64,000 bases of DNA from Candidatus Omnitrophota bacterium. Its GTDB lineage: Bacteria > Omnitrophota > Gorgyraeia > Zapsychrales > Fredricksoniimonadaceae. Made by a program: the position numbers and the translations under genes. Where the stretch lies: positions 2,229-66,228 of the forward strand of contig CAJBYM010000109.1 of the NCBI GenBank assembly GCA_903959815.1, given 5' to 3'. Below, in pieces: positions 1-9,689 of the stretch (positions within the stretch are counted from its first letter, which is position 1; every line of letters begins with the position of its first letter). The notes beneath the pieces were generated by a model. That model saw nothing but the letters and a program-made list of their open reading frames with translations, made no database searches and was not told the origin of the DNA.

Positions 1-543
1 TTGTGCTGTACGCGTCTTAAGAAAACCTGGCGCACGCTTAAGAAATTTCTTGGCCACAGGATAACCATTATCCTGATACTCGCGCGCCTGTACCAGACAT
101 TCAAGAATATCAGCATCACGCGCGATGAGCGCTTCATGGGTCTTTTGCGTATCATAATCAGCGCGGATATCCACCAGCGCCGTTCGCACCTTAGACGGCA
201 GCGGGGCTACCTGATCTTTGAACACGCGCTTTTCCGCATCTTTGAAATCAATGTAAAAATGACCCATCTTGTGCAAATCATTGATACGCGCTTCATGGAT
301 ATCATTGAACAAGGTCATGGCGAGCACACGATAAGGATCAGCCCCTTCTTCATGGGCCATGTAAAAACCAATGACCGCGCAGCGGAAACAATGGTCGGCC
401 ACACTCTCCGGATTCTCGATCCCAGCCACCCACCAGCCGCTACGCTTGACGCGTTTCAGCAAGCCAGCCTCGGCAAAGAAATCAAGTGCCGCGTTAAAGT
501 TAGCGCCCTTGGGGCTTGTGTTCTTTTTGTTTTTTAATTTCAT
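1..543 (-). CDS. HD-domain phosphohydrolase (YfbR-like); the 3' end is truncated by the window edge
   Basis: Reverse translation from ATG at 543..541 gives MKLKNKKNTSPKGANFNAALDFFAEAGLLKRVKRSGWWVAGIENPESVADHCFRCAVIGFY... The frame stays open to position 1. GWW..G..PESVADH is a typical HD motif. The plus ORF 1..537 (TTG start, low complexity) is judged spurious. Confidence 0.6.
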   Translation of the reverse strand, partial: MKLKNKKNTSPKGANFNAALDFFAEAGLLKRVKRSGWWVAGIENPESVADHCFRCAVIGFYMAHEEGADPYRVLAMTLFNDIHEARINDLHKMGHFYIDFKDAEKRVFKDQVAPLPSKVRTALVDIRADYDTQKTHEALIARDADILECLVQAREYQDNGYPVAKKFLKRAPGFLKTRTAQ

Positions 544-1231
544 AACAGAACATCGCTGTTGCATGCGCCACGTTAAGTGAAAGCCGCTCTTTAGCCATCG
601 GGATCGTCAGTTTCACGTCAATGTGCTTTAACGTCACTTCTCGGATCCCCTTGCCTTCCGACCCGATCACAAGACCGAGCGGCAGCGGCAATTTTGTACG
701 GGTCAGATCCTCGCCATCCTTGACGACACTGCCCGCGATCCAAAACCCCTTGGCCTTGGCTTTTTCAATCGCATTATTAAGATTGTTAACTTTAGACACC
801 TTGATATGATTCTCCCCGCCACAGGCCACGCGCGTCACAGTATCATTGATATCAACAGTGCCATGCGTGGGAATAACCAACGCAAATCCGCCGAGGCATG
901 CGATCGAACGGATGATCGCCCCCATATTCTGCGGATCTGTTATCCCATCGATAAAAAGGAGCGTCGTGCCCTGTGCATACGCCTCATCCACAAGATCATC
1001 ATAATCCGCATAAGCGAAATCCTCGACCTCAATGAGAAGCCCCTGGGTATTAAGACTGCGGCCCAGTTTCAACATTTTACTCGAAGGCACAGCAATCACA
1101 GCGACCCCGTATTTCTTCATTTTAGAAGAAATATAATTATGGTCCGGATGCCCTATCTCAACATAAACACGCCGCACACTTTTAGGGTCTGCCTTGATAC
1201 GCTCAATGACCGGATTCTTGCCGTAGATCTT
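500..1231 (-). CDS. rlmB: TrmH/SpoU-family RNA 2'-O-methyltransferase (RlmB-like)
   Basis: N-terminal MKIYGKNPV, the SpoU motifs GITDPQNMGAIIRS and GSEGKGIR. I prefer the ATG at 1231 over the longer ORF start at 1288. Confidence 0.75.
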   Translation of the reverse strand, partial: KIYGKNPVIERIKADPKSVRRVYVEIGHPDHNYISSKMKKYGVAVIAVPSSKMLKLGRSLNTQGLLIEVEDFAYADYDDLVDEAYAQGTTLLFIDGITDPQNMGAIIRSIACLGGFALVIPTHGTVDINDTVTRVACGGENHIKVSKVNNLNNAIEKAKAKGFWIAGSVVKDGEDLTRTKLPLPLGLVIGSEGKGIREVTLKHIDVKLTIPMAKERLSLNVAHATAMFCYEIKKQKEHKPQGR

Positions 1232-1233
1232 CA

Positions 1234-1965
1234 TTATCTTTTGATCCCCAATCCCAGGTAAAATACGGGCTTTAAAATGCTCCACCACCCGACGAGCGGC
1301 TTCATCTTCGTATAGCCCAGCTTCTTGGGCGGATAAATCTTGGTCACAAACACTTCTGTAAATTTATGCCCCAGCTTGATCGCCTTAAACATCAGATAAG
1401 GCTCAAGTTCATACGCATTCAACCAGTCCTGATCCAAATTGATGCGCGGATCAGCCATGATCGATAAACGAAAAGCCCTGAAACCATTGGTGCTATCTGT
1501 CACAGCCACGCCTGTAAAGAAAGACATGAGCAAAGGATGGACCCTGGTCGCTACCTTGCGGTAAAACGGCATGTCCCCGCCGGTCCCTACTTTTCCCTTA
1601 TAGCGCGACCCCTGCACAAAATCATACCCGTCTTCAAGGATGGGCTTTACGACAGCCGCGATCTCATCTGGATTATCCTTGTCGTTACCGGCCATGATCA
1701 CAAGAATATCATACGCATTCTTCTGACCATAACGGATGGCCGTGCGGATCGCAGCACCCACGCCACTTTGCTTCTCATGACGAATCGTCATCACACCTTG
1801 GCCCGCGAACGAGCGGATCATTTCGGTGGTGCCATCCGTTGAACAATCATCCATCACCAGATAATCAGCCATAGCCCGGGCCGGACTTTTCAAAAAACGC
1901 TCGATCACGCTCTTTAATTTAATGTTCTCATTGAAAGCGATCGGACACACAAGGATCCTAGGCAT
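1234..1965 (-). CDS. Family 2 glycosyltransferase (dolichol-P-sugar/polyprenol-P-sugar synthase-like)
   Basis: MDDCSTDGT acceptor-loop motif and a GT-A fold pattern, 243 aa. Confidence 0.8.
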   Translation of the reverse strand: MPRILVCPIAFNENIKLKSVIERFLKSPARAMADYLVMDDCSTDGTTEMIRSFAGQGVMTIRHEKQSGVGAAIRTAIRYGQKNAYDILVIMAGNDKDNPDEIAAVVKPILEDGYDFVQGSRYKGKVGTGGDMPFYRKVATRVHPLLMSFFTGVAVTDSTNGFRAFRLSIMADPRINLDQDWLNAYELEPYLMFKAIKLGHKFTEVFVTKIYPPKKLGYTKMKPLVGWWSILKPVFYLGLGIKR

Positions 1966-2461
1966 TCTTCTTGCCTTTCAACGGCTTCCCGTCAGGACCG
2001 ATCTGCCCCACCTTGCGCGCCGGATTACCGACGACAATAGTATGCGCCGCGACATCCTTCACAACAACAGAACCCGCGCCTACAAGCGCGCCTTCACCGA
2101 TGGTGATCCCACACAGGATGGTTGAGTTGGCCCCCAAAGATGCCCCCTTCTTGACCAACGTGCGTTCCATGACCCAATCCGCGTGCCGGCTTTTGGGATA
2201 ACGGTCATTCACAAAAGTCACATTCGGCCCCACAAAAACACCATCTTCCAATGTCACACCATCATAGACCGCAACATTGTTCTTGATCGTAATGTCATGG
2301 CCGAGCATAGCCTTGCCTTCAATGAAACAGCCATCACAAATATTGCAATTGTCACCGATCACAGCACCTGATTGAACATTCGAAAACGCCCATATCCGCG
2401 TGCCCTCACCGATCGTGGCACCATCCGCCACCAAAGCATTCTGATGTTTAAAATACGCCAT
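1958..2461 (-). CDS. Hexapeptide-repeat (left-handed beta-helix) sugar N-acetyltransferase
   Basis: Repeated [LIV]G.... hexapeptides (IGDNCNI, IGEGALVGAGSVV); WbpD/WlbB-like. Confidence 0.8.
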   Translation of the reverse strand: MAYFKHQNALVADGATIGEGTRIWAFSNVQSGAVIGDNCNICDGCFIEGKAMLGHDITIKNNVAVYDGVTLEDGVFVGPNVTFVNDRYPKSRHADWVMERTLVKKGASLGANSTILCGITIGEGALVGAGSVVVKDVAAHTIVVGNPARKVGQIGPDGKPLKGKKNA

Positions 2462-2463
2462 GC

Positions 2464-3477
2464 TTAGATCCTCACCAAATTACCACTCTGATCCATGGAC
2501 TTCTGAACAGCTGCCAGTGTCCTGACAACATGCGCACCCCGATCAGCGTCGACAAGATCCGGATGCCGGCCCTGTTCAACACAATCAATGAAATACTGCC
2601 CCTGGGCCTTAAGCGGTTCAACCAGATTGATCTTCGGGATCGTAATACTGCCTTCGCGAGATAATAATTGAAACTCTCCGTAAGACTCATAATACTTTGA
2701 CGTACGCTCAACGGATTTATCATAAACCCTGACAGCGCCCAGGGTGTCCAGGTCATCCCAAACGATCATTTTCTTTTCACCCACGATCGTGATCTGACGC
2801 ACTTTGCGTGGATCAGCCCAGCTAACATGAATATTCGCCAACTTACCGCCGGGATAATCCAGCGTCGCAAACGCCAGGTCCTCCAAAGAATTCCCCAGAC
2901 ATTTCAAACCACGCGCCGAAGTGCTGATCGCCGATTCTCCGAGAAGATAATCAAAAATGGCAATATCATGCGGCGCAAGATCCCACAAGGCATTGACATC
3001 ATAACGAAAAGGCCCAAGATTCGTACGCTCCGAATGCGCGTAGTAAATGCGCCCTACTTCGCCGGAAGCAATATATTCTTTCACCCAGCGGATACCCGCA
3101 TTGAACACAAACACATGCCCGACCATAAGAACTTTTTTAGCTTTCTCAGAAGCTGCCTTAAGCGCCATGCATTCCTCATAACTCATCGCCAAAGGCTTTT
3201 CGCATAGCACATGTTTACCTGCGGCCAGCGCTTCTTGCGTAAATGGATAATGGTATTTTGTAGGCGCGGCAATGCACACCGCGTCGATCTTAGGATTTGC
3301 CAAGAGTGCACGGTAATCCTTCGTGACCTCAACAGACGGGAACATGGCCTTGATGGCCTTTAATCTCGACTCATCAATGTCCGCGCACATCAGGCACTGC
3401 GAACCGGATAGCTGGGAGAAAACACGGATATGATTTGGCCCCCAGTGGCCACAACCGATAACACCAACAGATATCAA
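2464..3477 (-). CDS. Gfo/Idh/MocA-family NAD-dependent sugar oxidoreductase (WbpB-like)
   Basis: N-terminal Rossmann fold VGVIGCGHWG, then EKPLA and a Gfo/Idh/MocA C-terminal domain. Confidence 0.85.
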   Translation of the reverse strand: MISVGVIGCGHWGPNHIRVFSQLSGSQCLMCADIDESRLKAIKAMFPSVEVTKDYRALLANPKIDAVCIAAPTKYHYPFTQEALAAGKHVLCEKPLAMSYEECMALKAASEKAKKVLMVGHVFVFNAGIRWVKEYIASGEVGRIYYAHSERTNLGPFRYDVNALWDLAPHDIAIFDYLLGESAISTSARGLKCLGNSLEDLAFATLDYPGGKLANIHVSWADPRKVRQITIVGEKKMIVWDDLDTLGAVRVYDKSVERTSKYYESYGEFQLLSREGSITIPKINLVEPLKAQGQYFIDCVEQGRHPDLVDADRGAHVVRTLAAVQKSMDQSGNLVRI

Positions 3478-3586
3478 GATAACCTCCTAGATGATATTTA
3501 TATCAAGTTGTTATTATATAGATGAAACCATCCGACTCAAAGGTTTTTGTTGAAATAGCCCCGACAGACCACTAGAATGCAAAACT

Positions 3587-4009
3587 ATGAACAATCTTTC
3601 CCTGAGCGCAAAGATCTTTTGGGGAGTCCTCGCCCTGTTAACGGCCGTTAACATCATACAAACCACGGCTAACCTAGCCTCCATTTATCCCCGGAGAAAA
3701 CCAGTCGCCTTGAATTTTGCGGGTCAGAAATTCGACGGACTGCAGAAACTTCTTAAGAATGAAAAATATATCGGCTATTACACAGACCAGAATATAGACG
3801 ACGCTCACCCCATGATGGAACTGTTGCAGGCTCAATATACACTCATCCCGCTCATCCTGGACCCGAATGACATCGAACATCGCTACATCATCGTGAACTG
3901 TGTGAATATTCCGGCCGCGATCGAAAAATTCAAAGCACTCGGAGCACGCCCCATCACCAAAAACAACACAGGGCTGTTCCTCGTCGAAAGGCCGACGCTA
4001 AGACCATGA
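3587..4009 (+). CDS. Hypothetical exported or membrane-anchored protein
   Basis: N-terminal hydrophobic segment. Its stop overlaps the start of the downstream membrane protein (ATGA). Confidence 0.45.
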   Translation: MNNLSLSAKIFWGVLALLTAVNIIQTTANLASIYPRRKPVALNFAGQKFDGLQKLLKNEKYIGYYTDQNIDDAHPMMELLQAQYTLIPLILDPNDIEHRYIIVNCVNIPAAIEKFKALGARPITKNNTGLFLVERPTLRP

Positions 4010-5349
4010 TCTACCTGATCCCTGCGCTCATTTCATTTGCTCTCGGCCTTCTCATTGTTAAAGCCGCAACCAAAGGTCGATTGCCTAGCACGCTATTATC
4101 CTTCTTCTTAAGTGCCACCATAGGCCTCGGCGCCAGTGGGCTTCTAACATTCATCAGCTTCATTCTGTTCAACCAGCTCATAGCCTGGTTTGTAATCATC
4201 TTAAACCTGAGCTTAACGGCAGCCCTGGCTGTTTTTCTTCACCGCCAAGGACGACTGAACATCCTGCCCCCAATCAAAACATGGAAAATCGACGACACAA
4301 TCGCCCTGGCCCTCCTTGGTTTAATCACACTGGGCATGTTCATTTTCGCAAGCCTGTATCCTTACGGTGGCTGGGACGCCTGGGGCTGCTGGAATTTTAA
4401 AGCCCGCTTTCTGTTCCTCGGAGAAAATGCATGGACGGGCATGTTTGACCCAATCTTATGGCGTCACCAGATCTTGTACCCGTTCCTGCTGCCCTTGATC
4501 CATGTTTGGTTCTGGTCGTTCGGCAATACTCCTACCTATGCTGTGCCCATGGCCATTACTTGCCTCATCCCCTTCTTGACGGCCGGACTACTTTACAGCG
4601 CCCTCAAAGAATTGACCGTCGAGAACTCTGCCCACCCGACGGAATGGCTGCAAGGCAAATGGTACATGATCCTTGTGCCTGTCTGGATCTTTACCAACAT
4701 GTTCACCATCCAACTTTCCGCGAGCCAATACAGCGATCTTCTGCTAGGTCTTTTTCTTTTAACCGCCATGACGCTCTTTCTGTTATTCCAAAGAACAAAA
4801 GACACAGGCCACCTGATCCTGATGGGACTTGTGCTCGGCATGATCAGCTTCACCAAAGTCGAAGGAACAGCCCTGTGCGTTCTGACTTTTATAAGCACGC
4901 TCGCACTCGTGCGCACACGTGCGTGCATCAGCCTTATCACAGCAACAGCTCTGGCCGTCATGCCTGTGATCATCTTTGTTATCGCCTACGCGCCCAAGAA
5001 CAGCGGCATCTTCATCAATGGGCTAACATCCCCCGACCATCCGACATCCTGGGAACGCCTGAGCACCATCATGACATATTACGGACATGAATGGATCAGC
5101 ATGAAATGGTCAGGTTTGTGGCTCATATTAACCGCGGGCCTTATCTTTTCGGGAAAAAGAAGCCTCCGCCGTGAACTATGGATCATCCCGATCGTGCTGG
5201 GATCTTATGTTCTGGTCTTTACCGGGACTTATTTCATCAATACATTCTATGAGATCACCTGGTGGCTGGATACCAGCCTAAACCGTATTATCTTCGCCCT
5301 CATCCCTGTAACAGCCCTCTGGACATGCCTTTCCATCGACGATAAATAA
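4006..5349 (+). CDS. Polytopic membrane protein, possibly a GT-C-type glycosyltransferase
   Basis: About 12 predicted TM helices with aromatic-rich loops. Divergent from the sugar-modification genes. No named family recognised. Confidence 0.55.
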   Translation: MIYLIPALISFALGLLIVKAATKGRLPSTLLSFFLSATIGLGASGLLTFISFILFNQLIAWFVIILNLSLTAALAVFLHRQGRLNILPPIKTWKIDDTIALALLGLITLGMFIFASLYPYGGWDAWGCWNFKARFLFLGENAWTGMFDPILWRHQILYPFLLPLIHVWFWSFGNTPTYAVPMAITCLIPFLTAGLLYSALKELTVENSAHPTEWLQGKWYMILVPVWIFTNMFTIQLSASQYSDLLLGLFLLTAMTLFLLFQRTKDTGHLILMGLVLGMISFTKVEGTALCVLTFISTLALVRTRACISLITATALAVMPVIIFVIAYAPKNSGIFINGLTSPDHPTSWERLSTIMTYYGHEWISMKWSGLWLILTAGLIFSGKRSLRRELWIIPIVLGSYVLVFTGTYFINTFYEITWWLDTSLNRIIFALIPVTALWTCLSIDDK

Positions 5350-5351
5350 AA

Positions 5352-5381
5352 AAGCCCCCGCTCTTTTAAGAACGAGGGCTT
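5352..5381. terminator. Hairpin between the convergent membrane-protein gene and greA; candidate bidirectional terminator
   Basis: AAGCCCCCGCTC...GAACGAGGGCTT imperfect stem, T-rich on the minus side. Confidence 0.45.
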
Positions 5382-5401
5382 CTCATTTCAAACTTCTTGA
5401 A

Positions 5402-5875
5402 TTACCGCTTAATACTTAACACCTTAAACCGCTTTGTCCCTGCCGGGACCTGGATCGACACCTCATCACCTGCGGCATGCGTCAAAAGACCTTTGCCGAT
5501 GGGTGAAAAGACAGAAATGCGATCCACTCCGAATTCTGCTTCTTCAGGAGATAACAATGTATAACGGATCTCTTTTTTAAGATCAAGGTCCAAAAGCTGC
5601 ACCGTGGCCCCGATAAAGATCTTGTCCGACGGAATATTCATATCCTCAATGAACACGACATTCGACAGCGTTGTCTCAACTTCCGCAATGCGCGCCTCAT
5701 TATGAGCCTGCGCATCCTTGGCCGCATCATACTCGGCATTCTCGGAAATATCTCCCTGTGCACGCGCCTCGCCAATGGCTTTGGCAATGCGGTGACGCTC
5801 GGTCGTCTTCAAAGACTCCAAATGACTAACAAGCTTCTGATACCCATCCCGGGTAAGGTAAACTTGACCAGCCAT
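5402..5875 (-). CDS. greA: Transcription elongation factor GreA
   Basis: DISENAEYDAAKD signature, 157 aa, ATG at 5875. Confidence 0.9.
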   Translation of the reverse strand: MAGQVYLTRDGYQKLVSHLESLKTTERHRIAKAIGEARAQGDISENAEYDAAKDAQAHNEARIAEVETTLSNVVFIEDMNIPSDKIFIGATVQLLDLDLKKEIRYTLLSPEEAEFGVDRISVFSPIGKGLLTHAAGDEVSIQVPAGTKRFKVLSIKR

Positions 5876-5878
5876 AAA

Positions 5879-6112
5879 TTACATGCTCTCCACGGCCTTC
5901 ATCATGACCGGGACAACCGCCTGAACTTCAACCTTGGTCATACGGCCAAGTTTGCTGAAACGCCATTCGCCGGACGCATCCTGATTCTCGCGACCCAGCT
6001 GAAGTTTCTTTTCTCCGCCATTATAAGAAAAAACACCGACGGTAACGCGGGATCCTTCAAATTCCTTCATCTCTTTAAATACTTCCACATCAAGTGACTT
6101 ATCGTAAGGCAT
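5879..6112 (-). CDS. Small protein, possibly PC4/YdbC-like ssDNA-binding
   Basis: 77 aa. VGVFSYNGGEKK...GEWRFSKLG pattern resembles YdbC/PC4. Tentative. Confidence 0.4.
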   Translation of the reverse strand: MPYDKSLDVEVFKEMKEFEGSRVTVGVFSYNGGEKKLQLGRENQDASGEWRFSKLGRMTKVEVQAVVPVMMKAVESM

Positions 6113-6121
6113 GAAACCCTC

Positions 6122-6418
6122 CTAGGTTAATCCAGGGATATTAAGCCCGGGCATTTTCTGCATTTGCATGGCCGCTTCTTTCTGGGATTTGCGGATGGCC
6201 ATATTGACCGCCTTAATAAGCTCTGTCTGGAACCGGTTCTTTTGCTTCGCATCAAGCCAGGATTCCTCGATCTCGATCGATTGAAAGATCTGGGCGCCAT
6301 TAAGCTTGACTTTAATACCACGAACTTCGTTATACTCAATGACAAGCTTCTCAAGCTCTTTCTTGAGCATGTCGGCCTGTTTCTTAAGCTCCATCATTTT
6401 CTTCATCTGGTCAAACAT
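6122..6418 (-). CDS. ybaB: Nucleoid-associated protein YbaB/EbfC
   Basis: MFDQMKKMMELKKQ...GLNIPGL. ATG at 6418 is preceded by AGGAG. The ORF-track start at 6442 is a GTG. Confidence 0.85.
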   Translation of the reverse strand: MFDQMKKMMELKKQADMLKKELEKLVIEYNEVRGIKVKLNGAQIFQSIEIEESWLDAKQKNRFQTELIKAVNMAIRKSQKEAAMQMQKMPGLNIPGLT

Positions 6419-6490
6419 GCTTTTTCTCCTAACAAAATCCACAATGGCCCTGGCTACTACGGCCCTTCGGGATACCTTTAAAAGAATCCT

Positions 6491-6532
6491 TTAAAAAACA
6501 TAACCCAACAAGGGGACTTGTTGAGTTATGTT
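6491..6532 (-). terminator. Rho-independent terminator downstream of yggT
   Basis: 15-bp interrupted stem (AACATAAC/CAACAAG, loop GGGA, CTTGTTG/GTTATGTT) followed by a T-run on the minus strand. Confidence 0.6.
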
Positions 6533-6612
6533 CACTTCTTATACAGTAAATAATTATCTTTGGCAAGAAATATTGATTTATTAAAGCCGATTTCTCACCT
6601 GAAAAACCATCC

Positions 6613-6906
6613 TCATCTTACAGAGAACCCGATGTCGTAAAGTGTCGGCACCAAAAACTTTCTTAAAAAAAAGATCACCAGACAAACCAGCAAAGGTGAA
6701 ATATCTATGGCCATGGCCGGAAAAAGCTTGCGCACAGGGGCCAAGATCGGCTCTGTTGTACGATCCAGGAATTGAACGACCTGATTATACGGATCAGGAT
6801 TCACCCAGCTGATCGCGGCGCGAATGAAGATCAGCCAGAAAAGAACATTCAATAAAATATCAACCACATTGGCAAGTGCAGAAAAGAAATTTGATACCAC
6901 GAACAT
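6613..6906 (-). CDS. yggT: YggT-family membrane protein
   Basis: 97 aa, two TM helices, YggT-like sequence. Confidence 0.75.
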   Translation of the reverse strand: MFVVSNFFSALANVVDILLNVLFWLIFIRAAISWVNPDPYNQVVQFLDRTTEPILAPVRKLFPAMAIDISPLLVCLVIFFLRKFLVPTLYDIGFSVR

Positions 6907-6927
6907 AACAGCGCCTTTCTTTTATCG

Positions 6928-8013
6928 TTAATTTTGTTTAATGGTGCGTGTTGGATAGGGAATCGCGATCCCCTCTTTAACATAGCGCTGTTGCAAACGC
7001 TTGATGAATTCATGTTTGACCATAGCGGCTGATGGAAAATCCTTGGCTCTCAAGACCACACTAAAATTAACACCGGACTCACCAAACCCCTGATAGCGCA
7101 AGACCGGCTCAGCTTGGGGCACAGCCCCTGCCACGGCTTTCTGGATATCCCACGCAACCTCAAGCGTCACCTTCTCAACCTTCTCAAGGTCAGCGCCGTA
7201 CTGCGCACTCACCGTGACAGGAACGGCAAGCTCCGTATCAGGATAAAAGAAATTTGTGACGCGGGAATTAACCAAAAGCTTATTGGGAATAACAACCGTG
7301 TTGTTATTCGGCAGGCAGATCCACGTCGAACGCCAGCCGATCCGCTGGACCATGCCTTCCTCTCCGGATTCAAGACGGATGAAATGCCCTACCTGAATCG
7401 GCTTATCGGTAACCAACTGAATGCCGGAAAAGAAATTCTCCAGGGTGGGCTGCAACGCAAGAGCCACTGCCAATGAACCAATGCCGAGGGACGCGATGAT
7501 GGGCGTGATCGAAACACCCATGCTGTCCAAAATAACGAGAAAGCCGAGCCCGACGATCACAATGCGAATAAAGCCCTGCACAATGCCACCGGACGTTTTC
7601 AAGATCTCGACCTTTGTCGCGTACAAGGCCACAAGTCCGCGCAAAAATTTATCAATAAAGAGCACGATCGCAACAATGCCAACAACCTTAAAACCAGCAA
7701 AAAGATATTTGCTGATATCAGCCCCACCTTTAGGAACAACATTCTGGACCACCAGAATACCCGTAGCATAGATCATCAGCTGCAAAGGAAAATCCAGAGC
7801 ATCAAAGAACGTATCATCAACCTGGGTCTCGGTCTTGTCCGCAAATTTCCTGGCGATCGCGAATGCGATCTTTTTGGTCACAGAAAAAACAAGGACCCAT
7901 ACGACAAAAATAGCAGGCACCATGATCCAAAGTGAAATGTTCACAGGGATCCCCAAGGCCTGGCCCCATTGCATAACAACCGCTGTTGCACTATTGACTG
8001 TTTCACTTCCCAT
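6928..8013 (-). CDS. Mechanosensitive channel, MscS family
   Basis: N-terminal TM helices followed by an MscS beta-domain pattern. Confidence 0.85.
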   Translation of the reverse strand: MGSETVNSATAVVMQWGQALGIPVNISLWIMVPAIFVVWVLVFSVTKKIAFAIARKFADKTETQVDDTFFDALDFPLQLMIYATGILVVQNVVPKGGADISKYLFAGFKVVGIVAIVLFIDKFLRGLVALYATKVEILKTSGGIVQGFIRIVIVGLGFLVILDSMGVSITPIIASLGIGSLAVALALQPTLENFFSGIQLVTDKPIQVGHFIRLESGEEGMVQRIGWRSTWICLPNNNTVVIPNKLLVNSRVTNFFYPDTELAVPVTVSAQYGADLEKVEKVTLEVAWDIQKAVAGAVPQAEPVLRYQGFGESGVNFSVVLRAKDFPSAAMVKHEFIKRLQQRYVKEGIAIPYPTRTIKQN

Positions 8014-8052
8014 ACGCCTTATCCTTTAATGATGGAATATTATTGGAGAGTG

Positions 8053-8646
8053 TCAAAAAATCTTGATAAGCGTCCCGTCAATAAGACGCTGCTCAAAGCG
8101 ATCCAAGATGCGCTTGCTCTTGCGCGACATGTGTTTGAGCTCGGACATGATGGTGCTGATATCCTGCGTCGTCTGATTAAAACCCTTGGCGGTATCACGC
8201 AAAACTTCCGCGATGTCATAAACATCAAGCATCGGATCCCCCAGGACCGGAGCGTCAATGTCCAATGTCTTCTGATCAGGCCGACGGCCGATCTCAATAT
8301 ATTTCGAACCCAAAACACCTTCCGTCTGCACAGACACGCGGGTCGAACGCCGGACCTGCTCTTCAAACTTCTTATAAACGCTAAGCTTCACCTCAATGCC
8401 GCGGCTCATCACCTCTTCCTGCAAAAATCCTATCGTATCGACAAGACCTACCGTCACACCGGAAAGCCGTACCGGTGATCCTTCGGTCAGCCCACCCACC
8501 TTATCAAAAAGAACAGCCATCGTGATCTTGGGCTGGGCAAACCCCTTATTAAATCCGATAAAGAAAATAACGCCAGCGACAACCCCAACACCCACAAGAA
8601 AAAACATTCCGGCCCAAAACTGCTTGATAGCATCATCTTTTAACAT
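8053..8646 (-). CDS. mlaD: MCE-domain protein MlaD
   Basis: N-terminal TM helix, then an MCE domain. Confidence 0.8.
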   Translation of the reverse strand: MLKDDAIKQFWAGMFFLVGVGVVAGVIFFIGFNKGFAQPKITMAVLFDKVGGLTEGSPVRLSGVTVGLVDTIGFLQEEVMSRGIEVKLSVYKKFEEQVRRSTRVSVQTEGVLGSKYIEIGRRPDQKTLDIDAPVLGDPMLDVYDIAEVLRDTAKGFNQTTQDISTIMSELKHMSRKSKRILDRFEQRLIDGTLIKIF

Positions 8647-8652
8647 ATAAGA

Positions 8653-9369
8653 TCACTCCAGAAATTCTTTAACGAACGGATCTGTGGAAGCCCTGAGTTT
8701 TTGTTCCACTCCATCGATAACAATACGTCCCTCATGAAGCACCATCGCACGATCAGCACAACGGAATGCATTCTTCACATCATGGGTCGTGATTACCGTC
8801 GTACATCCCAACTTCTTAGAAAGACCCTTGATCAAGAATGAAATATCCCGGCTGCGGATCGGATCCAGGCCCGATGTGGGTTCATCGCACAATAAGACCT
8901 TAGACCCGGTTACCATGGCCCGCGCCAATGCGGCGCGTTTTCTCATCCCGCCGGAAAGTTGCGATGGATACTTCATACCCGCATCCGCCATATCCACCAT
9001 CTCAAGGAACTCACGGACCTTGCTTTTGATCTCCGCAGCCTTAAGCCCTCCATGTTCACGTAACGGAAAAGCCAAATTCTCCTCAACAGTCATAAAATCA
9101 TACAACGCGCTATCTTGGAACAAATACCCCACATTGCGGCGGAATTTTAAAAGCGCGTGCTCAGGCAAACGGCTGACCTGGACGCCATCAATATCCACCT
9201 CGCCGGAATCGGGCGTCATAAGGCCGATCAAATGCAATAAAAGAACGCTCTTTCCGGTACCGCTTGGACCCAGAACCGCAACGATCTCGCCCGTGGCCAC
9301 ATCAAAATCAATGGCATCAAGCACCTTCTGGCCATTGAACGACTTGGAAAGGCCACGGACCCTGATCAT
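8653..9369 (-). CDS. mlaF: ABC transporter ATPase MlaF
   Basis: Walker A GPSGTGKS, ABC signature LSGGMRKRAALARA, Walker B LLCDEPTSGLD. Confidence 0.9.
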   Translation of the reverse strand: MIRVRGLSKSFNGQKVLDAIDFDVATGEIVAVLGPSGTGKSVLLLHLIGLMTPDSGEVDIDGVQVSRLPEHALLKFRRNVGYLFQDSALYDFMTVEENLAFPLREHGGLKAAEIKSKVREFLEMVDMADAGMKYPSQLSGGMRKRAALARAMVTGSKVLLCDEPTSGLDPIRSRDISFLIKGLSKKLGCTTVITTHDVKNAFRCADRAMVLHEGRIVIDGVEQKLRASTDPFVKEFLE

Positions 9370-9689
9370 TGCTCAAACGCACGGTAACGGTTCTTGGAGA
9401 AATGCGTATAGATGCGTTCAAAAGGACGCACATCGGTTCTTTCAATAAAAAATGGCACCTCGCGGTACGTGCCCGCTTCATAAACTTCAGAGTCCAGCAG
9501 ATTTTCAACCTCATCCATCGGGAACCAGTCTTCCGCCTCAAAAACGATCGGCTCGCCATTACGGATCCATACAGGTTCCGTCAATTGCGTTGAACTGATG
9601 ATCGACGGCTCATTCCCGCGCTGAGGCAAGATACAACCTGCGCACAATGCAGCACACACACCCATCATAACAACCAGGATCTTTTTCAT
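9366..9689 (-). CDS. Small lipoprotein embedded in the mla operon
   Basis: MKKILVVMMGVCAALCAGC lipobox. It overlaps mlaF by 4 nt and mlaE by 1 nt. Confidence 0.55.
   Translation of the reverse strand: MKKILVVMMGVCAALCAGCILPQRGNEPSIISSTQLTEPVWIRNGEPIVFEAEDWFPMDEVENLLDSEVYEAGTYREVPFFIERTDVRPFERIYTHFSKNRYRAFEQ

Noticed and set aside
1-537. Plus-strand 178-aa ORF at the window start
   Set aside because: TTG start and low-complexity sequence with no recognisable domain. The opposite strand encodes a convincing HD-domain protein in the same span.
4458-5090. Internal 210-aa ORF within the membrane-protein gene, and similar antisense or alternate-frame ORFs inside large genes (for example 19097..19423 and 42448..42912)
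   Set aside because: Arg/His/Pro-rich or low-complexity translations embedded in strong CDSs on the other frame or strand. They look like artefacts of the six-frame listing.
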